From the NCBI GenBank assembly GCA_041648335.1, contig JBAZPG010000001.1, forward strand, positions 31,880 to 95,879: 64,000 bases of DNA, written 5' to 3'. Position numbers and translations under genes: made by a program. How positions within the stretch are numbered: position 1 is the first letter of the stretch; every line of letters begins with the position of its first letter. The notes under the pieces were generated by a model, which was not told the origin of the DNA, made no database searches, and worked only from the letters and a program-made list of their open reading frames with translations. Of this stretch, positions 37,008 to 46,734 are shown in pieces. Source of the stretch: Candidatus Micrarchaeia archaeon (GTDB taxonomy: Archaea; Micrarchaeota; Micrarchaeia; Norongarragalinales; Norongarragalinaceae).

Positions 37008-37319
37008 ATGGTGGAGGGTTTGGATGACGCCATTACCTTGGGGTTCGGTTTGATAGCCGTGCTCATGTCCGCGCTCTTCTACTTGCAGACGCACAAGACG
37101 CACGCGGAGTACGACGATCGCTTCAAGGACTACGGCAAGCGGGCGGACGACTTCGACGAGCGCACCACCAAAATCCGCAAGCGCTCGAAACAGATTATGA
37201 TACTGCAGTCCGCCAAGGCGGGAGTACGCGAGGCCGAGAAGCTCTTTTCGCGCGCGACTTCCCGGGCGTTGGCGAAAGTGAGCATGAAAGTGCGCAACAT
37301 CAGGAGGAACAGGAAATGA
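37008..37319 (+). CDS. small N-terminally TM-anchored coiled-coil protein
   Basis: TM helix LGFGLIAVLMSALFYL; overlaps the next ORF by ATGA. Confidence 0.4.
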   Translation: MVEGLDDAITLGFGLIAVLMSALFYLQTHKTHAEYDDRFKDYGKRADDFDERTTKIRKRSKQIMILQSAKAGVREAEKLFSRATSRALAKVSMKVRNIRRNRK

Positions 37320-37579
37320 GTTTCGGTGCAACATCGCTAGGATTGATTCTCGCAACGGTCGTCTTGTTCGTGCTCCTCGCGCGGACGACTTACCAGTACA
37401 AGAAGCAGACGCGCAAGCTCGGCAAGGGCGTCGAGGAAAAACTCTACGCGATAGAACGCAAGCTCTCCGCACTCGAGAAGGACTACGAGAAACTCCTCGG
37501 AGAAACAAACAAGAAGGTTGACCGCAAGTACCTCGAGAACCGCATCAACGGCTTGAGCGAGTTAATCGAACGACCTTGA
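37316..37579 (+). CDS. small N-terminally TM-anchored coiled-coil protein (paralogous architecture to upstream gene)
   Basis: TM helix LGLILATVVLFVLL then coiled coil. Confidence 0.4.
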   Translation: MSFGATSLGLILATVVLFVLLARTTYQYKKQTRKLGKGVEEKLYAIERKLSALEKDYEKLLGETNKKVDRKYLENRINGLSELIERP

Positions 37580-38576
37580 AGTCGACTACCGTTTGAACGA
37601 GTAGCGGCGAGTAGGGACGCACCACGCGCTTCTTGATTATGCGGCACGAGTAACCCGCCTCGCGGCACTTCCTTTTCACGAGAGCCGAAGGCTCCGCGAA
37701 CGGGTTCGCTGACGGGGCGAAACAATAAAAGTGTATTACGCAGTTCTTGCGCGCGCCCGCCAGTGCGACCTCCAGGAAATTCTCGCCGGTGTGCGGGAGC
37801 GGCATCGCGATGCGGTCCGCCCAACGCGCGTAATCGCGCGGCACCACGCGCCGCACGTCCCCACGCACCGCCTTCACCGTGCCCTTGAGCTTGTTCAACA
37901 CAACGTTCTCCTTCAAGAGGCGCGCCGCGTGCGGGTTCAATTCAATCGCAACCACTTTGCACGCAACGCGCTTCGCTATTTCCAACGCGTACGGCCCGAC
38001 ACCCGCAAAAAGCACGAGGATGCGTTCGCCTTTCTTGGCGAGCGAGGCGATACGCAAGCGTTCGGTGGAGAGGCGGGGAGAAAAGTAGTCCTTCGCCAAA
38101 TCAACGCGCATCACGCACTCGTTCTCCCGATACAACGCCTCGGTAGTGCGGCGGCCCGCGAGCCACTTCAGGCGGCGCACGCGGTACTCGCCGAGCATCG
38201 CGGAATCCTTGCGAAGCACAGTACGCACGCGTGTATTCGTCTCAAGAAGGGCGCGCGCGATTAGCTTTTCTTTCGCACGCAGTTCGGGGCGGATTTCAAG
38301 GATTGCGATATCGCCGACAACATCGAATGACGCCGAGAGCGCATCGAGTTCGCGCGCGTTCAACTCGCCGGACAGGATTTCGCGTAGGCTCCCCGCGTGC
38401 GGCTTCACTGCCTCGAAGCTGCACCGCACGAGGACTCCGGGAACGCGGCGTTTCACTGGGAAGTAAACGAATTCCTCGTCGCGCGAGGGGCGGTGCGAGG
38501 CATCCAACGCATCGGCTGCAATCAAGCGCGCCTTCGCCGCTTGTGCCTCGCGTTTGGGAACCTTCAAGCCGAGCAT
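37545..38576 (-). CDS. trm5: tRNA (guanine37-N1)-methyltransferase Trm5/Taw22 family
   Basis: Class I SAM-MTase core ILVLFAGVGPYALEIAK..., Met-10+ like; start set at MLGLKVPKREAQ (Trm5-typical N-terminus) rather than the 13-codon longer ORF. Confidence 0.8.
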   Translation of the reverse strand: MLGLKVPKREAQAAKARLIAADALDASHRPSRDEEFVYFPVKRRVPGVLVRCSFEAVKPHAGSLREILSGELNARELDALSASFDVVGDIAILEIRPELRAKEKLIARALLETNTRVRTVLRKDSAMLGEYRVRRLKWLAGRRTTEALYRENECVMRVDLAKDYFSPRLSTERLRIASLAKKGERILVLFAGVGPYALEIAKRVACKVVAIELNPHAARLLKENVVLNKLKGTVKAVRGDVRRVVPRDYARWADRIAMPLPHTGENFLEVALAGARKNCVIHFYCFAPSANPFAEPSALVKRKCREAGYSCRIIKKRVVRPYSPLLVQTVVDFKVVRLTRSSR

Positions 38577-38613
38577 AATGGTTTTAATGATGGGGCGGTT
38601 AAATCGGTTTCTC

Positions 38614-39405
38614 ATGGACTTCGTGGAAGAGTTCTTCGTTGCCCCGTTGCGCGAGCCGGGGGCTTACGCGCCTTACAACGCCGTGAACACGCTGGCTTAC
38701 GCTGCGCTCGGGCTGGTTGCGGCATTCGTGCTTTACAAAATCCTCAAGGCGCGCGGGATGCGCATCGATTACTCGCTGTTCCTGTGCGTGCTCCCGTTCG
38801 TCGTCTTCGGAAGCGCGTTGCGCGTAATCCAGGACGCGGACTTGCTGCCGCGTTCGATTGACTTGTTTGGCGCCACGGTTTACCCGTTCGTCACGCCGGG
38901 AATCTACTTCGTGACTTTCGCTTTGCTCGTCGTTGCCTTCGCCGCGCTCGGCAAGAGCCGGACGAACGTGCAGTTGGCGGGCTGGACGCTCGCCCTGCTC
39001 CCGTTGGCCGCGCTCTTCCCGCATTTCGCGAACTTCCTGCACGCCGCCGCGATCGCGCTCCTCGCGTTCGCCGCACTCAAGGCGGGCGAGTGGCTCGGAC
39101 GACGGGAGATGCTTGAGAAAGCCGCGTTGCTCGGGCAGGCGTTGGACGGCGCCGCGTCGTTCGTGGGCTTGAGCTTCGCACCTGCGGGAACCGCGTACTT
39201 CGAACAGCACGTTGTCGCCGGCGGCGTAATCGGCTTGCTCACGCCGTTCGGGTTCCTCCTACTCAAATTCGGGTTCGCGCTCGCGGTAATCGAGTTGTTG
39301 AAGCGCGAGGACCCCGAGGAAAAGGCGTTCGTGCTCGGGCTCGTCGCAATAATGGGTTTTGCCCCGGGGTTGCGGGACGCGTTGCGCATACTCGCGGGCG
39401 TCTGA
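38614..39405 (+). CDS. DUF63-family archaeal membrane protein
   Basis: MDFVEEFFVAPLREPGAYAPYNAVNTLAYA..., 7 TM. Confidence 0.6.
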   Translation: MDFVEEFFVAPLREPGAYAPYNAVNTLAYAALGLVAAFVLYKILKARGMRIDYSLFLCVLPFVVFGSALRVIQDADLLPRSIDLFGATVYPFVTPGIYFVTFALLVVAFAALGKSRTNVQLAGWTLALLPLAALFPHFANFLHAAAIALLAFAALKAGEWLGRREMLEKAALLGQALDGAASFVGLSFAPAGTAYFEQHVVAGGVIGLLTPFGFLLLKFGFALAVIELLKREDPEEKAFVLGLVAIMGFAPGLRDALRILAGV

Positions 39406-39562
39406 GTTAAATACGGGTTTCACTCCGAAAAACTAGTGGCAACCGAACTCCTCGTGGCTAAGGTTGGCTTGTGCCTAGCCCTGGGTTTGGAAGCCGAACA
39501 TTATTTCATCCACTTCAAGTTCAAGCTCCCGGAGTGGGAGCGCGCGATTTGCGCGCTCGCGT

Positions 39563-40549
39563 TCACTTTCGTAATCTTTTTATGACGCGGTTCGCCGCGG
39601 CGTCGGCGTCGCGGCACAACAGCACCACGCGGGATTCGGGTTGCTCGTCAGTCACCAGGTAGCCGGACGCGTCAGCGAATTCGCGGGCGAACGCGCGGAC
39701 TTCGTCGTGGGAGAGCATCGCCTCCGCACCAAGGCGCGCGAGCGAGTAACCCACGTGCATGTATGACTTGCATTCCACGAAATCCGGCTTCGCAATGCGG
39801 CAGAGGCGAGCGTAACCCGCCGGGTCGAACGCATTCAAACCCTTCACGAGAGTGAGCCGGAGGGCTTTCCGCGTCTCGAGTGAAGGCAGGAGGGTGAGCG
39901 TCTCGTTCAACTTATCCCAGTTGTCCGGCGACACGGGCAGATTAATTTTTTCGTATACGTCCCGCGTGGGCGCGCACAGTGAAACATAAAGTTGGGTGGG
40001 CAACGCATCCTCGTCTGCCAGTCGTCGCAAAACGTCGGGGCGCGTACCGTTGGTTACGAGGAAAGTGGTATAGCCGCGCGCGCGGAACTCGCGAATCAAC
40101 TCTGGGAGCCGCGGGTAAAGCGTGGGCTCGCCGTCCAGCGAAATCGCGGCTTGGTTCGGCTCCTGCGCCTCGAGCCACTTCCCCTTGTCGGCTTTCGCGT
40201 TGCCCTTGAAACCCGTGAGCAGCTTGCGTTGTCCTGCAACGCAGTCGTCGATTATCTTTCCCGGTTCGTCCGCGGCGAAACTGGCAGGCCAACCCTCTGA
40301 AAATAGCGTGGTGTCCCGCCAGCAGAAAACGCAGCGCTGGTTGCAGGCGGGCATCGCGGGCGTCATCTGGAGGCAGCGGTGCGACTCGATGCCGTAAAAA
40401 CGCTGCTTGTAACACGAGCCGTTCCCGAGCAGGGCGCGCTTCGCCCAGAGACAGACCTTTACTGCCGAATGGTCCCCAGCGAAGCAATAGCCCGCGCGCT
40501 CGAGGCGGGGTTTTGCCGCGGCGTAACGCTCGGCGAATTCTTCAGCCAT
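39563..40549 (-). CDS. taw1: radical-SAM tRNA 4-demethylwyosine synthase Taw1 (TYW1 homologue)
   Basis: GIESHRCLQMTP..CNQRCVFCWR (Cx3Cx2C); neighbour of trm5. Confidence 0.7.
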   Translation of the reverse strand: MAEEFAERYAAAKPRLERAGYCFAGDHSAVKVCLWAKRALLGNGSCYKQRFYGIESHRCLQMTPAMPACNQRCVFCWRDTTLFSEGWPASFAADEPGKIIDDCVAGQRKLLTGFKGNAKADKGKWLEAQEPNQAAISLDGEPTLYPRLPELIREFRARGYTTFLVTNGTRPDVLRRLADEDALPTQLYVSLCAPTRDVYEKINLPVSPDNWDKLNETLTLLPSLETRKALRLTLVKGLNAFDPAGYARLCRIAKPDFVECKSYMHVGYSLARLGAEAMLSHDEVRAFAREFADASGYLVTDEQPESRVVLLCRDADAAANRVIKRLRK

Positions 40550-40587
40550 GCCTTTTCTTGCGGGAACGCGGAATAAATACGCGTTTG

Positions 40588-40866
40588 CTACTTTTTCGCG
40601 TCCTCGCTCATGTGCCCGACGGGCATCTCCACGAAACGCACGCTCTTGCCGTCCGTGGTGTAAATAACGCGTATCACGCCGGAAACGAGTTCCTTGGCAT
40701 CCAACGCGTCCATGAATGCGAGCGTGGAATCGTCCTTCACGCCAATCGCGCCCTCGAACACCGCGTCCACCGGCTTGAAGCCCGCGTCCTCAACAGCCTT
40801 AATCGTCTTCAGAACCTCTTCCTTGATTTTCAATCGCTCACCTGTAAGCCAAAACATACGCAACAT
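40588..40866 (-). CDS. small conserved hypothetical protein (about 92 aa)
   Basis: ORF; start uncertain (40866/40857/40890). Confidence 0.4.
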   Translation of the reverse strand: MLRMFWLTGERLKIKEEVLKTIKAVEDAGFKPVDAVFEGAIGVKDDSTLAFMDALDAKELVSGVIRVIYTTDGKSVRFVEMPVGHMSEDAKK

Positions 40867-40919
40867 ATTTAAATACCTAATCTGAAACAAGCTTTATCGT
40901 AATCGCGATTTTCAGGTGG

Positions 40920-41201
40920 TTGGTAACAATGGTGAAATACGTCATAGCGAAACAACTCGCAGGCAAGAAAATCATAACAACGGACGGCGAAGAGCTCGGT
41001 CGCGTAATCGACTTGTACTTCAACCCCGGCAACGGGAAACTCGAGAGCGTGCTCATTGAACCGAACCCTGAATCCACCCTGGCGGCGCGCAGCCGCACGA
41101 GTGCGGGCGGATTCATCACCATACCCTACGCAGCAGTCCTCGACGTCAAGGACGTCATGGTAGTGGACCGCCGCGAACTCGCGGAAACCTCCTCGATTTA
41201 G
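40920..41201 (+). CDS. PRC-barrel domain protein
   Basis: AKQLAGKKIITTDGEELGRVIDLYFNPGNGKLESVLIEP. Confidence 0.65.
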   Translation: MVTMVKYVIAKQLAGKKIITTDGEELGRVIDLYFNPGNGKLESVLIEPNPESTLAARSRTSAGGFITIPYAAVLDVKDVMVVDRRELAETSSI

Positions 41202-42250
41202 AGCGGTTCCAGGGTAAGTTTCCTTCCGTCCAGCTTGGCTTTCAACCCGTTAGCCTTGGCGAGCTCAGCCAACCCTTCCGAATCTTTGGCACGCGCCTTC
41301 TCGAGCAGTCCCTCAACCAAGTCCAGGTTCGAGGAAATCCAGTCGCCCCCAGCGCGCGCCTCGCCCGCGCGCGCCTCGAACGCCTCCGAGGCAGCGGCCT
41401 GCTGTTGCAACGCGAAAACCAGGCGCTTCGCGGGCTTTGACTCGACTGCGGCGCGCACGGGCGCGTTTGCGGAATAGAACGCATCCAATGCTTCGCCGAA
41501 CGACTTGAATAAGCGCAACCCGGCTTCGGGGCGCGTCAATGCGAACGGCGCGAAACCCCCCTCGAACAGGCGGGGCGAGGGCTCGCGGGAAGGAAGCGCT
41601 TTGAGCGCTGCGACAAGCCTGTTTTTTTCCTCGGCGTTAAGCGTGGACGCGTCTACCTTCGAATCCAAGCCGGCTGCGGCGCACGCCTCCTCCAAATAGA
41701 AGGGTGGCAGCGCCACGCGCTTAGCGAGTCCCGAGGCGAGCGCGCCCTTGAATTCCACTTCACCAACAGTCGCCTGCTGGGGCGCCTTGCGATTCTGGGG
41801 CGGGACCAAGTATGCCTCGCCGCGCGCGATTTTGCGCGCGGAATACTCCCCGCGCTTGAAGGGCAATAGGATGACGTTGTTCGCGTCCAACGCCAGGGCG
41901 TTCCCGTTCTGGAAGAACTCGAACAACAACGAACCAGAACCGCCGAAGCGGAAGCGGATGATTCGGTCGAAATTCACCTGTTCCACGCTTTCGAGGCGCT
42001 TGCCTGCGAAATGCTTGCGCACGAACGAGGCAAAACCCGTGGGCAGCCGGGGCGACTCCGGGAAAGACGAGGCAGGATAACACCGTCCGTTCGCCACGTC
42101 GGCGAGGACGTTCACATTCGTATCGCGGGACTTGAAGCGTAAACGGAACAAGCCGGGCGACAGCTCGTAGAACTGCTCGAGGTGCGAGCCCGCTAGTGCC
42201 GAGAGTTCGGGCAATAGGAAGGCGTAATCGAGGTTGCCCATTTCACGCAT
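41198..42250 (-). CDS. NFACT-N domain-like protein (Rqc2/FbpA-related, short form)
   Basis: N-terminus LDYAFLLPELSALAGSHLEQFYELSPGLFRLRFKS resembles NFACT-N; moderate. Confidence 0.45.
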   Translation of the reverse strand: MREMGNLDYAFLLPELSALAGSHLEQFYELSPGLFRLRFKSRDTNVNVLADVANGRCYPASSFPESPRLPTGFASFVRKHFAGKRLESVEQVNFDRIIRFRFGGSGSLLFEFFQNGNALALDANNVILLPFKRGEYSARKIARGEAYLVPPQNRKAPQQATVGEVEFKGALASGLAKRVALPPFYLEEACAAAGLDSKVDASTLNAEEKNRLVAALKALPSREPSPRLFEGGFAPFALTRPEAGLRLFKSFGEALDAFYSANAPVRAAVESKPAKRLVFALQQQAAASEAFEARAGEARAGGDWISSNLDLVEGLLEKARAKDSEGLAELAKANGLKAKLDGRKLTLEPL

Positions 42251-42314
42251 GGTTAACTTTCGTTCGGGCGGGTTAAAAGAGCTTCACCCAAGCATTATAA
42301 ATCGCTTGAGATAT

Positions 42315-42818
42315 ATGTCTGTTGTGAAACCAAAGCCGTTCGTGAAGGGGATTCTGGGTTTGCTGCTGCTAGTTGAGTTAAAGCAGGCTCCGCAGTCGGG
42401 GAAAGGGCTGGCGGAGCGCGTGAAGCGGTTGACTAACGGCAAGTGGACGCTGAGTTCGGGGACGCTTTACCCAACGCTGCGGCGCCTCGAGGCGCGGAAG
42501 TGCATCAAACCCGTGCTTGGCTGCGAAAATGGACGGCGTGAAATTAAATACACGCTGACAGTAAAGGGAGCGCGGGAAATAGAACGCGACCGGAGCGAAA
42601 TGCTCGACCGTCTTCAGGAGGCGGCATCGGTGATGCTGCCGTTGACAATGAGAATCATGCACGAGTTCAGCGACTGCGAATTGGACGAAATGGCTGAAGA
42701 GATGCGGCGGTTCGACGCAGTCAGGCTGCGGGTGTTCGCGATGCCGCCGGAAAAAAGGCGGCAGTTGATAAAAACGGTTTTCAAGAAGATTGCGTTTAAT
42801 GGCGGCGTGGAAGAATGA
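42315..42818 (+). CDS. PadR-family transcriptional regulator
   Basis: ILGLLLLVELKQAPQSGKGLAERVKRLTNGKWTLSSGTLYPTLRRLE. Confidence 0.75.
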   Translation: MSVVKPKPFVKGILGLLLLVELKQAPQSGKGLAERVKRLTNGKWTLSSGTLYPTLRRLEARKCIKPVLGCENGRREIKYTLTVKGAREIERDRSEMLDRLQEAASVMLPLTMRIMHEFSDCELDEMAEEMRRFDAVRLRVFAMPPEKRRQLIKTVFKKIAFNGGVEE

Positions 42819-43510
42819 ACGTGAAAAAGCCAATCATCAGCCTCAAAGGCGTGAAGAAAATCTACAACATGGGTGAGGTGGAGGTGCCCGCACTCGACGG
42901 AATCGACTTGGACATCTATCCCGGCGAATTCGTGGCGATAATGGGACCCTCGGGCAGCGGCAAGTCCACGCTCATGAACATGGTGGGCTGCCTGGACACG
43001 CCCACGTCGGGCGTCATCCGTTTGGACGGCATCAACATCGCCGAGTTGGATGAGAGCGCGCTCGCCCAGATCCGCGGAAAGAAAATCGGGTTCGTGTTCC
43101 AGAAGTTCAACCTCATCCCGGTGATGACTGCGCTCGAGAACGTGCGGCTGCCCTGCCTCTTCCACGAAGTGAGCGAAGAGGAGCGCGAGAAGAACGCGAA
43201 ACGCCTTTTGGCGAAATTCGGGTTGAGCGAACGCGCCAACCACTTGCCGGGACAGTTGAGCGGCGGGGAACAACAACGCGTCGCAATTTGTAGGGCATTG
43301 ATGATGAATCCGGGAGTCCTGCTCGCGGACGAACCCACCGGGAATTTGGACTCGAAGCGCGGCAAGGAAGTCATGGACCTGCTCTCGGAACTCAACAAAA
43401 AAGAAGGTAAAACCATAATACTCGTGACGCACGACGAAAACCTGGCGAAGCACGCCGAGCGAATCGTGCACTTGAAGGACGGATTGATTGAAAAAGGTGG
43501 TAGGAAATGA
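42815..43510 (+). CDS. ABC transporter ATP-binding protein (MacB/LolD/FtsE-like)
   Basis: Walker A GPSGSGKST, signature LSGGEQQRV, Walker B LLADEPT. Confidence 0.9.
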   Translation: MNVKKPIISLKGVKKIYNMGEVEVPALDGIDLDIYPGEFVAIMGPSGSGKSTLMNMVGCLDTPTSGVIRLDGINIAELDESALAQIRGKKIGFVFQKFNLIPVMTALENVRLPCLFHEVSEEEREKNAKRLLAKFGLSERANHLPGQLSGGEQQRVAICRALMMNPGVLLADEPTGNLDSKRGKEVMDLLSELNKKEGKTIILVTHDENLAKHAERIVHLKDGLIEKGGRK

Positions 43511-44712
43511 ACGGAAAATTAGCATCGCTGTTGTTGCTCGCGGTCCTCGCGCTGCCCCTTGCGGCGGAAAGCGTGAGCGGGGGGTTACTCCAGGTACAGG
43601 CGCTCAAGTACGAGCCCTATCCCGCGGAGCCCGGCTCGTACACCGATTTGTGGCTGAGCGTGGCTAACAGCAAGAGCAGCGTCACCGCGGACAACGTGGA
43701 ATGCCTGTTCACGGAAGGCTATCCGTTCAGCCTCGACTCCTCGGAGCCCGCCCTCAAGGTAATCGGGCAGCTGCGTCCGGGTTACGACGCGATAATAAAA
43801 TACAAGGTGCGCATAAGCGAGAACGCAGTACCCGGCAACAACGAGTTCACTGTTTCCTGCACCTCAACGGGTTATCCCGCGGTCGAACTCAAGGACTACA
43901 TTTACGTGCAGCCCCACGACGCCGTGCTCTCGGTGGCGAGCGTGAACAGCGTGGTGATGCTCCCGGGTGAAACCGCACTCGTGGAACTCACGCTCCAGAA
44001 CCTGGAGGACGTCACCGTCAAGGACGTTTCCGTCAAGCTCGACTTGGAATCCACGAGCACGAAGTTCGCGCCCGTCGGGAGCACGGGCGAGAAGCGCCTC
44101 AAGCAGATTCCGGCGAACGGCGAGGAAACCGTGACGTTCACCGTGATAGCTTACCCGGACGCAACGCCCGGCGTGTACAAGATACCTTTGGAACTCGCGT
44201 ACAGCGACTGGCTCGGCACTGCCTACGCCAAGAGCGAGGTAGTCACCATAACCGTGGATGCACCCGCCAAGCTCGAGGCGCGCCTTGAATCCAGCGAGGT
44301 TTACAAGAACGCCGCGCTCGGGCAGGTTACCATCGAGATAGTCAACCGGGGCTTGAGCGACGTCAAGTTCCTTTCGGTGCGCTTGCTTCCCGCCACAGGG
44401 TACACCGTGACTTCGGCGAGCGAAGCGTACGTGGGCGAACTCGCCTCGGACGACTCCACCAGCGTGGACTACGACTTGTACGTGAACAGCACCTCGAGCA
44501 CGGCTCTGCTGGTGGAATTGAGTTACACGAACGCGTTCAACCGCGAGGTAACGGAAACCCAGAACGTAGTGCTGCCAGTGTACTCGCAAGCAGAAATCAC
44601 GGCGCTCGGCTTGGAGCCCACCGCGCAAATCGGGCTCGGCGTGCTCCTGGTGGGCGGCGCGGTAATCCTCTACTTGGCATACCACGCCTACGGGAGGTTC
44701 AAGAAGAAGTGA
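43507..44712 (+). CDS. secreted ABC-transporter-associated protein with signal peptide and C-terminal TM anchor
   Basis: MNGKLASLLLLAVLALPLAAES..; C-term LLVGGAVILYLAYHAYGRFKKK; translationally coupled between ATPase and permease. Confidence 0.65.
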   Translation: MNGKLASLLLLAVLALPLAAESVSGGLLQVQALKYEPYPAEPGSYTDLWLSVANSKSSVTADNVECLFTEGYPFSLDSSEPALKVIGQLRPGYDAIIKYKVRISENAVPGNNEFTVSCTSTGYPAVELKDYIYVQPHDAVLSVASVNSVVMLPGETALVELTLQNLEDVTVKDVSVKLDLESTSTKFAPVGSTGEKRLKQIPANGEETVTFTVIAYPDATPGVYKIPLELAYSDWLGTAYAKSEVVTITVDAPAKLEARLESSEVYKNAALGQVTIEIVNRGLSDVKFLSVRLLPATGYTVTSASEAYVGELASDDSTSVDYDLYVNSTSSTALLVELSYTNAFNREVTETQNVVLPVYSQAEITALGLEPTAQIGLGVLLVGGAVILYLAYHAYGRFKKK

Positions 44713-45938
44713 CCCGCTTCGCGGACTACGCGCGCCTCTCGTGGAACAACCTAATCCACCGGAGGACGCGCTCGCTCCTCACCATAGTTGGCATATTCAT
44801 CGGCATCGCCGCGGTAGTCGCACTCATCAGCATAGGCGAGGGGCTCCAGAACGCGGTGGTCGGCGAATTCGAGAAGATGGGGAGCGACAAGATAACCGTG
44901 ATGAGTGTGGCAGCCGGCGGAATACAATCCCCGTTCGCGGGCGAAATGTCCGGGAACCCGTTGACCGAGGACGACGTGCGGAACATAGCCAAGGTGCGGG
45001 GTGTGAAACTCGTGGGTGGCGCGCTCATGAAGAGCGGCGTCGTGAAGTACGGGAGCGAAACCGCGAGCTCGTTCGTGATGGGGATACCCACGGACACCAC
45101 CCAGAAGATTTTCGAGGACATGCAGCAGGTTGAAGTCGCGCAAGGCAGGAAACTCAAGAACGGCGACTCCGGAAAAGTACTCGTGGGCAGCTATTTCGCT
45201 GACGGCTTGTTCAAACGCAAGGCGGGTGTGGGTGAGAAGATAACCATCAACGGACGCGACTACCAGATAGTCGGCGTGCTCGCGAGCATGGGCAACAAGA
45301 TGGATGACTCGAGCGTAATCCTCACGGACGACGCCGCGCGCGACTTGTTCAACGAACCCGACGCGGTGTCCATGATTTACGCGCAGACGGACGCGAGCGC
45401 CGAACCCGCGCAAGTCGCCGAACGCATCGAGGAAAAATTGCGGAAAACGCGGCACGAGGAAGAGGGTTCGGAGACGTTCAGCGTTTCCACTTCCGAACAA
45501 TTGCTCAGCAGCTTCAGCTCGATACTCGGCGTAGTCCAAGCGATGATAGTCGGAATAGCCGCGATTTCGCTCCTCGTGGGCGGAATCGGCATTATGAACA
45601 CCATGTATACCTCGGTGCTAGAGCGCACCCGTGAAATCGGTATAATGAAGGCGATAGGCGCCCAGAACAACGACGTGCTCATGCTCTTCCTCCTCGAATC
45701 CGGCGCGCTCGGCGTGATAGGCGGCATCGTCGGCGTATTAATCGGGATGGGTTTGGGTAAAATCACCGAAATAATTGCGGCGCAAGCGCTCGGCTCGGGC
45801 TTGTTGAAGGCGTCGTTCGCCCCCGAGCTCATATTCGGCGCGTTGCTGTTCTCGTTCCTCATCGGGAGCCTGTCGGGCGCGTTGCCCGCGATGCAGGCCG
45901 CCAAGATGAAGCCCGTTGACTCGCTGCGTTACGAATAA
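44709..45938 (+). CDS. ABC transporter permease, FtsX/MacB family
   Basis: N-terminal TM, large extracytoplasmic loop, C-terminal 3 TM FtsX fold. Confidence 0.85.
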   Translation: MTRFADYARLSWNNLIHRRTRSLLTIVGIFIGIAAVVALISIGEGLQNAVVGEFEKMGSDKITVMSVAAGGIQSPFAGEMSGNPLTEDDVRNIAKVRGVKLVGGALMKSGVVKYGSETASSFVMGIPTDTTQKIFEDMQQVEVAQGRKLKNGDSGKVLVGSYFADGLFKRKAGVGEKITINGRDYQIVGVLASMGNKMDDSSVILTDDAARDLFNEPDAVSMIYAQTDASAEPAQVAERIEEKLRKTRHEEEGSETFSVSTSEQLLSSFSSILGVVQAMIVGIAAISLLVGGIGIMNTMYTSVLERTREIGIMKAIGAQNNDVLMLFLLESGALGVIGGIVGVLIGMGLGKITEIIAAQALGSGLLKASFAPELIFGALLFSFLIGSLSGALPAMQAAKMKPVDSLRYE

Positions 45939-45969
45939 AAGCAACCCGCGCCACGGTTAAACCGGGTGA

Positions 45970-46656
45970 TTGCACTTGGTTTTTGGAAGAATGATGCAAA
46001 GGCGAGAAGCAAGACTAGAAACTTCAACTCAAATCAAAACATTCCAAAACCTAGTTGACGAAGCCAAAGCCGCAAAAACACACCCGATTTCCCACGCCAT
46101 GCAAACGCGCGAACCCGGGACGGCGAGCACACTCCTTGAAGGTTACTCCGCTTGGCTCGCAAAAAAGGGCGAAACGAGAAAAATACGCGGCGATCCGCTG
46201 AACACCGCACTCAGGAGCGCCCGCGAGGCGTTGGATTTGGAAATCGAAGCGGGTTTGCCAGAAGGACACGAAATCGCCTGGCGAACCGCCATAAGCAGGA
46301 TGGACGCAGCACAAACGCCACGCGGAAAGCCGGCGCAGTGGGGGACGACTGAAGGCATCGTCGAATCGGAATTAAAGCATTTCATCGAAACGAAGAAAAC
46401 GAATTTGGCTTGGGTTGCCGGCGCGATTGGAGCGGCAAATAAAACACCTAAATTGCTGGACAAATGGTTCCGCGGGAAAGACGTGCCGCCCGAAGCAAAG
46501 GCACTACGGAAAAAAATCCGTGCCGCCAAGTCGGAATATACCCTCGAGTTCTGTCAACAGCTCGTTGGAGACCTGGAATTAATCCGAACGCAGTTGGCCC
46601 AGCATCACCAGACGGGACTGACAGCGTTGAAAAATTATTACACGTCGAAAAAGTAA
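45970..46656 (+). CDS. hypothetical protein, paralogue A of a tandem pair
   Basis: shares WVAGA.GA..K...L..W......PPEA(K/R)AL block with the downstream gene. Confidence 0.45.
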   Translation: MHLVFGRMMQRREARLETSTQIKTFQNLVDEAKAAKTHPISHAMQTREPGTASTLLEGYSAWLAKKGETRKIRGDPLNTALRSAREALDLEIEAGLPEGHEIAWRTAISRMDAAQTPRGKPAQWGTTEGIVESELKHFIETKKTNLAWVAGAIGAANKTPKLLDKWFRGKDVPPEAKALRKKIRAAKSEYTLEFCQQLVGDLELIRTQLAQHHQTGLTALKNYYTSKK

Positions 46657-46734
46657 CCGGAACAATTCCACACACAATTTAGGCTTTGGCGTTCCTTCGT
46701 TACGAATAAAAAGCGCGCGAACCGATAAACAGTC

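Noticed and set aside
38613-38616. Apparent divergent genes sharing a CATG start (Trm5 minus / DUF63 plus; similarly 59782-59785)
   Set aside because: The Trm5-typical N-terminus (MLGLKVPK..) begins 13 codons downstream, leaving a normal 37-bp divergent spacer. At 59783 the DtdA-typical start (MPTIVYS, 59819) likewise removes the overlap.
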